A program made the translations under genes and the position numbers. Below the pieces are notes generated by a model. It had not been told where the DNA came from and searched no databases. It saw only the letters and a program-made list of their open reading frames with translations. From positions 175,150,001-175,214,000 of the forward strand of contig OZ024741.1 in NCBI GenBank assembly GCA_964016885.1: a stretch of 64,000 nt of DNA. The letters are read 5' to 3'. Within the stretch, counting starts at the first letter, position 1. Every line of letters starts with the position of its first letter. Shown piece after piece: positions 51,759 through 64,000 of this stretch. This DNA comes from Eledone cirrhosa (taxonomy: Eukaryota).

Positions 51759-52312
51759 ATACCTTCCTGCCAGATTGTTGAACGTATATACTTACCTTAT
51801 GCATAGTAACGGCTGAGTAGCCCAATTTGCATATCGAGTGGGTCAATCGGCCGGGTGCACCGAAAACGATAAACGGAAAAAATGAAACGAAATTTCATTT
51901 CCCATACGTTCAACGCAGAGAAGGGAGAGTATCTCAGCCTTGTATGTATATAGGGTTGTACCATCAGGGGATGGAACTGGATTCGACCTGCTCTCTCTCA
52001 GACCATATACTTTCTTCAGACCATTATAAAAGGCCCTTGAGTTCTTTTCATCAACGGCTTCTTATAGTTCAACTGCTTTAGCTGCTCTCCAGGCATCCTT
52101 CCTCTTTTTAATTGAGGACTGTGCCTGCTGCTTACAATCTTTATAGGCTTTCATTTTAGTTGTTGAGTTTTATCATCAATCTAAAGCCCGTGTAGGTTAT
52201 GCCTCTCACTGGTAAGGTTCTGGACGACTGAGTTCCTTTCATCATGGTGTTTTCTCATAGGAAATTCTAAGATTTTTACGGAGGTTGCAGAGATGGCATC
52301 TTTGAACGTTTT

Positions 52313-52600
52313 CTAGGAAGCCTCAATGCCATCAGAAATCTGGACAGCGTAGAGGGATGATTCACGTTTTGCAAAAAGTTCCAGCCTCCTATCAGTTGAT
52401 TTCAAAGCACCAACATCAACCCTGAGTGAGTTAGATAGCTTTTGAAAACGCATTTTGTCGGGATGATTGAATGAAACCTTATTGCACAGCAATGCATGAT
52501 CTGAGAGATAGCAAGAATAATGAAAAGAGCAAGAGATTTTGAAATCTAGGTAGCTAGTGTGTGATGGCATAGTCAATCATGCGCCAATCATTGGATCTAA
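52313..52600 (-). pseudogene. Possible decayed RTE-LINE ORF C-terminal fragment
   Basis: Translation KMRFQKL.NSL...LELFAKR...V..DGI weakly resembles the RTE post-RT motif. Confidence 0.3.
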
Positions 52601-52764
52601 AATGCTTCCATGTTGTCTTACGGTTTGCACGTTGTTCGGAAAAGCTATTAGTGGTGCGAAGATCAAATTCCTTTCAGAGTGAAAGCAACCTAAGCCCATT
52701 TGAGTTCATAGCTTATACAAATAGGGGAAAGACTCTTAGAGACGGAAACATTTAGCCAGCAGCT

Positions 52765-52833
52765 GCTACAACGAATCGAACTCCGTATCTCCCAGATATC
52801 AACTAGGTGCTTTCACTATTGAGCTAAGGGTCC
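52765..52833 (-). pseudogene. tRNA-like sequence (pseudo-tRNA or SINE head)
   Basis: tagctcaatagtgaaagca, anticodon arm cctag-ttGATat-ctggg, B-box gagttcgattc; the acceptor stem does not pair. Confidence 0.5.
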
Positions 52834-54340
52834 TTCTGACAACACTTTACCTCTAAATTAAGGAGCTGAATCAAACAACTTTTTATACACTATTTTATAG
52901 CAACTGTCTGTAATGATGGTAATTAGTTTTTTCTACGCTTGAGTGTCCTATATCTTATGAATTCATTGCCTCGGCTCGGCACTTCGTAAGTTAGAAAATG
53001 CGAGATTCACACACGAAGTTTGCATATATATATATATATATATATATATGGTCAATAACTGACAGGTTTTCACAGAATTCTCTCCTGCCAAACGCCACTC
53101 ACAAGGTATTTATTTAGAGTAGAAGAATGTTGCTTACGATGCCACATAGTGGAACTGATTGAAAAACCATGTTGTAAGGCACTGTATTTAACCACATAAC
53201 TATATTTCATATTATTCTCTTGTTAAGTCACAAATACCTAAAAAGGTATCGGCTATTCAACTTTTGTATGACGTAAATAGATAGCTACCTTCCTCAAATA
53301 GATAAACATTACTGTCACTCTAACAAATACGACTCCCCTTGAACTAAAATCATTATTCTCACATTATCGCAATTGATTTCTTTAAATTCTCTCTCCACGA
53401 GGTCCCATCACCTTTTTAATTAATACTGTTTAATTAGCCATTATTAACTCCCATCACGTCAATAAATAACCAAACACATTTTTAGAATTTTTCTGAGAAT
53501 TATGCTTATTCAGCCCAAATCATATACCCCCACCTTACACTTCCTTCACTACCCCTCTATTATCACTCTGCCACCATTCACTTCTCCCATAATATATACA
53601 TATATAAACCCAATGTTTAATTGAATAACAATCAGCAATAAACATAAAATGTAATATAAAGTTTATTTGCATTTCATTAATACATCTTTTATAATGTTCA
53701 CGAATAAACACACAGAAAAAGACATTACGTATTTGTTTGATGACATAGAAAGCAAGCAAACAAACTATATGCACAACATTTTCCTTTCCTGCTACAGTAT
53801 CGGCCTCTTTGGAATTCCACAACAAAATTACGCATTAATCACAATTGTTTGAAAATTATTTACAATTTGTCACCGAACATCCAATCACCTTTTAAATAAA
53901 ATCCTCACATTAGTTGCTATTTACAAAAGTAATTAATGGAATACTTGTTTTATTTTTAATTACACACACGCAGATAATAATAATGTATAAGCCTCTTCCT
54001 CTCCACTATCAATTTATCAATGACTCTCCTTCACCATAAACGTATATAAGCGCAACTTTTAATTGTCCATTAATGCCACGATAAGCTATGGTTAAGAGGG
54101 AAAACAAATTGTGTATTTATAGCATTGATTTTAAAAACACTTATTTACTCTGTTATCATTGGGCTGAGTTCTTTAAATCGGTTTGAGCTTATACTTTTCT
54201 ACTGATCAACTGAACAAGATAAATTAACTATACATGTACGAAAAAGCGATCTTCAAGATGACAATTCGAAGGCTCCCGTGCATTCAGTATTCATTTGACT
54301 GGGTCAATGAACGTCCATATAAACAAAACTCATATATGTA

Positions 54341-54703
54341 CAGTAGTCCCCCGGTATTCGCGGCGGTTATGTTCCTAGAGCGAAGAGTGAAAAACTGCGA
54401 CTATTGGACGTGGTCCATAAAAATGCGTATAAACGTCAAAATATAACGTAAAATATAATAAAAAAGGAAGGAGCGTCTTATGCGAAGGGGCATCCAATAG
54501 ACCGGCAAATACGGTATATTGTTATTAATAATTTAGCGTTTATATATTGTCCACAAAAAAAACATTAAAAAATCGCGGAAGATATTTACGATTCCGCGAA
54601 TATGCGGTGGTTCCCACGAAAAATTATTAGTTAGGTTCTTAGGAAAATTCTGCGAATAACCGGAATCTTGAATGTCGGGACCGCGAATGCCGGTGGTACA
54701 CTG
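54341..54703. mobile_element. Tc1/mariner-superfamily (pogo/Tigger-like) MITE
   Basis: TIRs cagtagtcccccggtattcgcgg / ccgcgaatgccggtggtacactg with TA on both sides. Confidence 0.8.
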
Positions 54704-54730
54704 TATATATATATATATATATAACAGTAT

Positions 54731-54776
<46 letters not shown>

Positions 54777-56619
54777 ATACTTTGGGAGGGTCATGTTGCC
54801 AATAAGAAACACACGCACCAGTTGCTTTCATTTCAATTTATTATATATTTATAAATTTATAAATTTATAAATTTCTGGTTGGTTGGTTGGTTTCACAACC
54901 AGATAGTTGTTTATATATAGTCATAGTTCTTTCGTCACACACTCTGTGAATCTTGCTAAACAAATTCAGAAACGAAATATATATATATATATATATATAT
55001 ATATTTCACAAGCTTATATAGAGAATGTTTGGACAAAACGTTGCCTATAAATTTTAAGATTTTAAGATTTGTAATATAAAATATAACACGTACATACATG
55101 ACAGTTGATAACGAGATCTAATTATAAGACTAGAGCATCAAAGTAAAAGAATAAGAAAGCTGTGAGACAAAGAGCTATACATTGGGGGTAAACAGAAAGA
55201 AAAAATCTGCATATAAATTTGAACGATTTCCGTCCGTCACACAATGTGTGTGTGCGTTTGTGTGAATGTATGTGTGTGTAAAAGGAAGGAAGGGGATGGT
55301 GAAAAAACTAGAACAAAACAGCGAGTGGCGTTCCATTTGCTACGCTGTATGTGAGTGTATGTGTATGTATGTGAGTGTGTATTTTTGTATGTGAGTGTGT
55401 AAACTTTGTGCGTTTATATTTATATACTCATATATATAAATCTATACATATGCACATACACACACGCACACATATATATACACATATGCGTCAGCATGTT
55501 GAAAAAAATTCTAGTAAGGAAAAAGACTCAAAAGAAAATTTAGAAGAAAAAGTGCGGAGAATAATGATTAAGAAGAGATAAAGAAAAGTTAGAGATAGAA
55601 GTGCAGTATAGTAGATTTTTTTTAAAGGACCTGAAATGAAAGAGGAATAATAAGAAGATGGCATTAATCCAAACATTTTTACTTTAAAACGTTTGCTAAT
55701 TTAAGATACAATGGTGTAATTGAGAAAACGTTTATACATAAGAGGGAGGAGAAGAAATTACAGACATGTATGAATATTGGACCCAGTGGGAAAGAGGACA
55801 AATTAGTGAAATGAATGGGATGGGGTGGGGTGGGGGAGAGTGAGAGAGAGAGAGAGACCTAAATGTGTTAAAGCCTGCGGGTTAGAGAGAATTAGATTTA
55901 CACATTTAAATACAATAGTTGAAGAAGGAAAGAAAATGACAGAAATCAGAATAAGATAGAGAAAAGTAGGAAGGAAAAAAAGAGGTAGACATATATAATA
56001 CGCATTAACAGTATAGGGTGAATAGCTGATTGTTACTTAAATAAAATAGAGGTAAATGGTGCACAAAATAGTTAAGACACATTGAAGTTCTTTTTCCAAT
56101 TAGGAGAAAAGTAGATATGTCAGTTTACCAAGCGTCTTCAGTTTCCTTACGAAGTGCCATTGAACAACAATTAATAGTAATCCGTATATATAAAGATGTA
56201 GCGTAGGGAGAATAATTCTAAATATTCAAAGAATATCTAAAGTACTTCAAAGGATGTCAAAAAATGTTCGAAGAATTTCAAAGAAATTATATTGAATAGA
56301 GTATGATATATTTAGCCAGCAGGCAACATAAAGTTCTGTAAAATGAATGCCTTTTATTGATGGTATTTTAAAATGAGTTAATGCATCAAGTATGCCATGG
56401 TTACATAACAGCACAATCTAGATCCCCAGAATATACTGAGGCAAGTTTAAGCAATGATTGCAATATCTTCAAATTTATATAGTCTTCATTTTGGAGTCTA
56501 TTTACATACTGGGATAAAGGAGTGGCATCTCTTCATACACCTTTAAATAAATATTTAAGATGTGTGCACACACACATACGTATATTTGTGAATACGCTTT
56601 ATGTGTGTGTACACAACAT

Positions 56620-56950
56620 TGCTGAATGGTTACCAAGTTCGATTCACTAGTATTAGATCTCGAGTCCCATTCCACCGTGGGGCATCTTTGGCAAGTGTCT
56701 CTTACTATAGCTTCGTGTCGACCCATGCCTTGTGACCGAAACTGGGCAGACGGAAACTCTTGGAAGTCCGTCGGATGTACGTTACCTGTAATTCAAATGA
56801 CCAGCCTTCTTACACACTGTGTCAATCTGAAATACGTTAAGGGTACACGTATCTGTGAAATTTCCTACCACTTACACACGAATTTCAGATGCTGACAGTT
56901 CTGTCGATCGAACCACGGGAACACTCATCGTCTAAACCGACGGAGGTCCA
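56620..56950 (+). mobile_element. Degenerate SINE; related fragment at ~61090-61315
   Basis: ctttggcaagtgtcttactatagc... and a tail ggaacactcatcgtctaaaccgacggagg, similar to gaacactcgtcgctggaaacgacggagg at ~61285. Confidence 0.45.
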
Positions 56951-57448
56951 TTCAATTATGTCTTCTTATACACACATATTTGTATATATCCATGCATGTA
57001 TGTATGTATATTTTTCTTAAAGATTTAAGTTCTTTGCAAAATTTAACTCGGTTTCAAATAAAGTAATATGACGTCTTTCAAGGATTTATGATTATGTGTG
57101 GACGAGTTAACGTGTGAATGTAATTGGGTGTATGTACGATTGTAGTATAATAAGTGTACATTTTTCTTTTGTATACAAATGGACATGATTAGATTGTATG
57201 CCATATATGCTTGTGTGTGTGTCTGTATTTTCAGCTCAAGATCTTAAACGAAAACTTTTTGTTTTATAAATCTTCACTGTAACATTAATTCATTGGATTT
57301 GGAGACTATGAGTATGTCTGCTTTGTTCTTCCTTAGAAACCATAATTTCCAGGCTTTTATAGAAATTTGCTGATACATAGAATAGAGCAACTATAATAAT
57401 AGATACACGTAAGATAATGTCTATAAATATGCATATATATCCCTGTTG

Positions 57449-57880
<432 letters not shown>

Positions 57881-58432
57881 GAAACAGATTTATTTCGTTC
57901 TAATGGCAACTATGTCTATATAATCGATATTTGTTTTGTAAACTATTATCTGAAAACAGATATCTTAATTATTAAATGACTTTCCGTTTCCACAGTCACT
58001 GGTGGAACATCTGTTTATTCCCCTTCATTTGTTCTTATATTTATTTGAATTTTATCAAGAAACTCTTTAGTCAATGAAGTAATTCTGTTTCTCTTTCTTC
58101 TCTAGTGTAGAAAACAAAGAACTAAAATTATGATAAAATAAATATAACTGAGTAAATTTAATTACACTTCACACGTCTTTCAGTTGTTGTTTTCGATAAA
58201 TCTCGTTCAATATTGATATAATTTTTCTCATTCAAGCACCGTTAATTAGTAATTTTGATTAGCATAGCGTTGAAATTTAATTTATAAATTTATAAATATA
58301 TAAAAGACGTAAATTACATAAGAATTTTTTAAAATTTAATTTTGCCTATGTTCACAAAGTTGGGCATTCTTCTCGCATTGTGTATGTATGTGTGTATATG
58401 TGTGCGTATGTGTGTGTGTGTGTATGAACGAG

Positions 58433-58494
<62 letters not shown>

Positions 58495-60398
58495 TGTGTA
58501 GATTTATTGTTTTTGTCTTTGCCCTAGATCAGGAAGCAGAACTATGATGAACGCTTTCCTGTTACGACAATCCTATCTTATTCCAACTTATTCTTTAGAC
58601 ACTTTATCTAGAATTACATTTTTTTACGACGTCGGGGAGTGAACTGAGTGTAATTCAGCTGCTATTTCTAGTAGGTGGATGATTTTTTGTTTTGTTGCGT
58701 GCACAAACTTATGAAACATACACTGATGTGCGTTTGTGTGTACACGTGTGTGTGTGTGTGGTACTCTTTTTTTATCGATCTAGAAAATACGAAAGGTAAA
58801 GTTGACGTTGAATCAGAGAGCCATAATTAACACCACAAAGCACTCTATCGGATGATCTAACGATTCTACCAAATTACACCATAAACATCGTCAGTATAAA
58901 AACCAGTGTTGTAAAAAAATTCATTCCTTAATCACAAACTATTCCTCAAACAATAATAGTTTCTATTGGCGGTTCAATAAAATTAACATAAAAACGACCT
59001 TCACCACTATGAAAAACTTGTTTAGTGTCATCAGGAGCAAAAATGCAAAGCATTGCCAACAAGTGTAGAGAGAAAGGAGCCTATATGAAACTACTTAAGT
59101 ATAGATCTTTGCCACCTTAAGAGAAAATGTCTAGAAAAATACATTCTGTATAATGTTGATGTCTCTAGCGCCAATACATCGACAGGTGATAAAGAAATCA
59201 CACAGCCCACATTAAAAATTCACCAGTGAATCAGCTCATTCTATCATCGGCATCAGAGAATCCCATATCACTTTCAAAGCATATTTGAAAAAGGTTGAAA
59301 AACAAAGGAGTTATTACCAGCATTACACGAGAGGTGTTATATAAGACAAGTATCGAGGAACGGATCAAATTGATGTAACATTTCTCTTACAGAGAAATAT
59401 TTCTATTCCAGTCTTAAAGATCTCGATGGAAGCTATTGCACTCCACACCATTTCATCTCTATTTATCGTTTCAAGAAATATGCACCTCTCAACATCTCAT
59501 CTCGGACCCCCCGCCCCGTCCTATCCCGTCTCATTTCGTCTTATCTTTATAATCCGAATTTAATTTCAGGTACGAAAAATCAATACTTATTAAATTAAAA
59601 CAAAATCTATAGGTGGTTTGTACTTTAATAATAAAGATGAACAACAAATTATTTCTCCCCATCACGACCGCTGCCCTAACCACAACTATATAACCTCGCT
59701 CCTATTTCCACTTGAAAAAAAATATTTGTTTTTATTTATCTAAAATGAAACAGAAGCAAGGACTAAAAATATCAAACTCCTAATAAAAGATCTTTGTAGT
59801 ACACAAATAATCTAATCAATGATTAATCACGAAAAATCATCACTTAAAAGGTTGTTATTATAAAAACGACAGGGGCAACAAAACAATAGAAAACACTCAT
59901 GAACATATAACATACACACATGGAAGAAAAGAAACAAAGAGTGAAGGAGAGTGAGAGAAGTTGAAATAAAATTGTTAAAACGGATTTTGTAATTAGATAA
60001 GCGTGTTATTCGGTATCAGGGAAATACGATTTTATATGTTTGATATAAAAGGTGGAATGAAATATATATGAAAAAAAAATATAAATAGAATCCATTGAGC
60101 TGAAATGAAAGACAAAACAATAACACTTAGTTAAAAAAAAAAATGAAATAAAAAATAACAGTAACAACGAGAATAATAATGGTAACATCAATAGCACAAA
60201 AGAAACGGATTTCATTTTATTTAATGAAACAGGATGAAGAGGAAATTGTTAACTAGTGACTCTGTACAAACGTCAGTATTGTTGTTTAATATTACTGAAG
60301 TTGAATAACATCAAGAAACCAAACAATAACAAAAAAATAACTATAAAACAAAATAATAATAACAATAAAAGGAAACAACAAAAATGTGACTAACCGAA

Positions 60399-60443
<45 letters not shown>

Positions 60444-60613
60444 AAAGAAAGTGTGGTAAGGGACCAGGTGGACCATAACGCGCCAGAGTACTCGATACTT
60501 AGGGTAGTAGAGAGGGTAATAGGAAAAGAGTCAGGACCCCGACGGCTGAGCTCCGGTCGGATCTAGCTGTCGAAACGGCCGGAGCTCAGCCGTCGGGGTC
60601 CTGACTCTTTTCC

Positions 60614-60727
<114 letters not shown>

Positions 60728-60919
60728 TTTAGGTTTGTTGGTTCATCACTGGATAGAACTGGTCATTCCGTATGGTCAACCTCGATGTAATATTATGGAG
60801 AGCACTCAACGTAATGCAACTCACCCGTCCTCGTTTGTGTAGTTAGTGGTGCGAGTACGGAGTTAATTATTATAAAATAACAGGAGGTTGGACTGATGTA
60901 ATTCCTTAAAAGGTTTATT

Positions 60920-60977
60920 ATACTATGATCATTTCAATTACCGGGTTCAGTATGAATCCGGTGACATCATCATGTAT
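60920..60977 (-). ncRNA. Hammerhead-like motif with C3>A
   Basis: Minus strand atac-ATGATGA-tgtc-accggattca-tac-tgaacccggt-aatt-GAAA-tgatca-TA-gtat, followed by aataaa. Confidence 0.5.
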
Positions 60978-61369
60978 TCGAAATATAACAAAGGAATATG
61001 ATAGACAAAATCCATGTGGCTGAAAAATCAGAGACATGAGGGCGACCGAACATTTACCATCTTCTACCCCGGTCGTATATGTAAAGGGACGTGGCTATAT
61101 GTGGTCAGCTCACTATCATAAGATCATGTTTGATTCCTTGTAGTGCATTGTGTCCTTCGGCAAGACACTTTGTCTCGTGCTGTATCACCATAAGAACAGC
61201 GTTAAGATTGAATGTGTCTGTGGAATACTCAGCCGCCTGTATATCAATTTTACGATCAGGCTGTTCTATTTATCTAATTATTAGAACACTCGTCGCTGGA
61301 AACGACGGAGGGCCAAAGCACATACATCAACAGATATTTTGTGTCTCGCACACACACACACACACATGT

Positions 61370-61438
61370 GTATTGGTGTAATGGTAGCACAGTGGTCTGG
61401 ATAACCAAAGAGGTGGGTTCGACTCCCATGTACGGCAA
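61370..61438 (+). pseudogene. tRNA-like sequence (pseudo-tRNA or SINE head)
   Basis: A-box tggtgtaatgg, anticodon arm tggt-ctGGAta-acca, T-arm gtggg-ttcgact-cccat; acceptor stem only partly paired. Confidence 0.55.
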
Positions 61439-62036
61439 CACTCATCTTTTTCCATTTCTCCGAGGGTTATAAACCAAACTATCAGGCTAGAAATTTCTTT
61501 AGTCTAAAATACGGTGAAAGCGTATAATTTCTAATTTCAAACTCGCGCACCGTTTCAAAAACATACTTACATGTTTACGTTTATAATTTGCTTATATATA
61601 TATATATTGATGGCCAAATGAATTAACTATGGAGATACAAAAGATGCTGAAGCGAAAACCAAACAAACAGTGAGTGTGTTCTGTTATTATTTCTGGCAAT
61701 AATATTACAACAATATGACCCTCCCCAAATATAACAATATATATATATATATAGTTAAAACTTAGACGAGAACAAAAACAGAGAGGCAGTACAAATAAGA
61801 GTTTATTAGGTTCACGTTATATATATATATATATCATATATACATATGATATATATATGTATACATACATATATATATATATTTCTTCAATGGAATATGT
61901 ACAATGGAGATTAATCATTATTGCAGGGTATCTATATTCAAGGTTATTGTTCATTTTTAATATGTTACCTACGTAACAATGTGTGTTTACCCTCTTTACA
62001 AGTTATCCCCTGTAATTGTTTGATGTGTTTATTATA

Positions 62037-62792
62037 TACTAGCAACACTACCCAGCGTTGCCTGGGTAGGTAAAATAATATCTGCTTTGATGAAAAGGTG
62101 TTGATCTTAGCGATTGCTTCTCGATGACTCATCTATGGCCACACGCAGGCCATGCGGGGGAGGGTGGTGATGACCTCTATCACTGAGAAACGCGGGTGAC
62201 TGACGAAGGGGCATGCTGGGGGAGGGAGTTTCGAATTTGAACGAAATCGGTTGAAAAATGTGGGAGCTAGAGCCGAAAAGGCGGACATTTGAGCGAAAAG
62301 GTGGTATTTTCGAATATTTAAGCGGCTGCCACGCCGTTCCTGTACAAAAATAATCCAAAATGTAAAGCCACTTGAAGACGTAAAATAATCAGATCTAGCG
62401 TAGTGTAAAATTTGACCAAAGTAGGCTGATTAATGGGGGCGCTAGAGCCCCAAAAGAGGAAATTTGAGTCTAAAAGTGGTATCTTTGAATATTTAAGCGA
62501 CTGCCACGCCGTCCCTGAACAACAAATGCAAAATATAAAGCCATTACAGGATGTGCAATGATGAATTCTATCTTGCTTTAAAGATTGAACGAAATCGGTG
62601 GCAAAATGTGGGATCTAGAGCCAAAAATCTTATTTTTCGATACCTGCAGAATGACCCCGAAATAAGAAAAAAACGATACGCTGATATATAGAAAACACTC
62701 CCCGATGACTAATCTATGAGCCTGTAAAGTTTCATGAAAATCGGTCGTGTGTGTGTGTCTGACACACTGACACACACACACATACTTAATTT

Positions 62793-62796
<4 letters not shown>
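62037..62796 (+). mobile_element. Non-autonomous Helitron-like element with internal ~175-bp tandem repeats
   Basis: End actagcaacactacccagcgttgcctgggta (CTAG plus hairpin); ctagagcc units recur about every 175 bp; the far end is in a microsatellite. Confidence 0.55.
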
Positions 62797-62889
<93 letters not shown>

Positions 62890-63026
62890 GTTATTCCGGG
62901 TTGGGTTGAATCGGAGGTAACCACAGTAGGTAAGGTACTCAATACATAGCAGAGTATAACAGTTTTAATATAGATGAGATTCTACAGGACTAGAACTGTT
63001 TCATTCTTTAGAAATCACCAGGAATC

Positions 63027-63074
63027 AGATTCCTGATGATTTCTAAAGAATGAAACAGTTCTAGTCCTGTAGAA

Positions 63075-63080
<6 letters not shown>
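63027..63080 (+). ncRNA. Type-I hammerhead ribozyme motif (family 2, second locus)
   Basis: agattc-CTGATGA-tttctaaagaat-GAAA-cagttctagtcctg-TA-gaatct; the mirrored minus-strand copy has CTGGTGA. Confidence 0.82.
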
Positions 63081-63149
<69 letters not shown>

Positions 63150-63317
63150 GTCATTCAACCTTTCATTTTAAATTTAACATAAATGCTCGGATTTAATAAT
63201 TGGAATCTTTGAGCTTATTCCAGAGGTGGTATGGCGCATGCTTCTGATATTCTCAGACATGACGTCTTTAATCTAATTTTGGTAGTATATATATATATAT
63301 ATATATGTATATAGGAA

Positions 63318-63515
63318 GTTATTGGAAGGCTACGGCAATGCAAAATGGACGGTAGATTTCGGAATAAATTGAAGGCAACAAAAATGTTGGTGTATCACCT
63401 ATTATTTTATTAGCCTGACAGGTAAATAAAATAACATGTCACTCACCATCTTTGTTGCCTTCAATTTATTCCGAAATCTACCGTCCATTTTGCATTGCCA
63501 TAGCCTTCCAATAAC
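63318..63515. repeat. ~70-bp-arm inverted repeat next to (TA)n
   Basis: gttattggaaggctacggcaatgcaaaatggacggtagatttcggaataaattgaaggcaaca is mirrored at ~63447-63515. Confidence 0.85.
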
Positions 63516-63716
63516 ATAATGCTCCAAGCAATCTTAAACACTTTTATTCATTTAACTTTATCATAGCTATGTTTAGCTTACTATTTAGGACAGATACCAC
63601 AGCTTGAGATCCACTAACCCGTTATTTTCTTTTCTTTGTTTTCTTTCGTCCTTCTGTCTGTGGTGTTTGTTTTATCACACACACACACACAAACAATGTT
63701 TAGCCATTATATATAT

Positions 63717-63900
63717 GTGAATTGGCAGTATCGGTAGAGGGTTGGACGCCATGATTTCTAGCATAGTTACCCCCAGTTAAGTCTGAGTTCAAATCCCGCC
63801 GAGGTTAACTTTGCTTTTCATCCTTACGGGGTCGATAAAATAAAGTACCAGTAATGTACTGGGTAATTGCTGGCCTTGTGCCTAAAGTAGAAATAATTAT
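63717..63900 (+). mobile_element. SINE family A
   Basis: gtgaattggcagtatcggtagag...gtagaaataatta; attatatatat / attatacacat flanks. Confidence 0.9.
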
Positions 63901-64000
63901 ACACATACACAGACACACACACACACACACACCTATATATATATAGTAAGAAGTGCGTTAGCAACTGAAGTGTTTGATAAAATTGTGTCTTTCTAAGTAC

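Noticed and set aside
58990-59040. Minus-strand CTGATGA followed by a cacta/tagtg stem
   Set aside because: Followed by gtGAAG rather than GAAA, with no stem III or stem I.

Overview
Gene-free, AT-rich, repeat-dominated eukaryotic DNA. The dense (TA)/(CA) microsatellites, tRNA-SINEs and TTAGGG repeats resemble a coleoid cephalopod such as Octopus; this is an inference, not a database match. Nearly all supplied ORFs are microsatellite or repeat artefacts. Main contents: (1) a near-identical 9,374-bp tandem duplication; (2) about 20 kb of a 50-bp satellite with higher-order structure, invaded by SINEs and by a hAT element that carries a fold-back telomeric tract; (3) one full-length but disabled L1/Tx1-type LINE on the minus strand, between (TA)n tracts; (4) many SINEs, MITEs, Helitron-like elements and RTE-like derivatives. 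The most interesting signal is a set of minimal type-I hammerhead ribozyme motifs (CUGANGA...GAAA with a short palindromic stem III). They occur in several unrelated, non-coding repeat families embedded in (TA)n and arranged in tandem or fold-back. This looks like a Penelope-pLTR/retrozyme-type system of self-cleaving RNA elements. Folds were read by eye, and coordinates of degenerate repeats are approximate.
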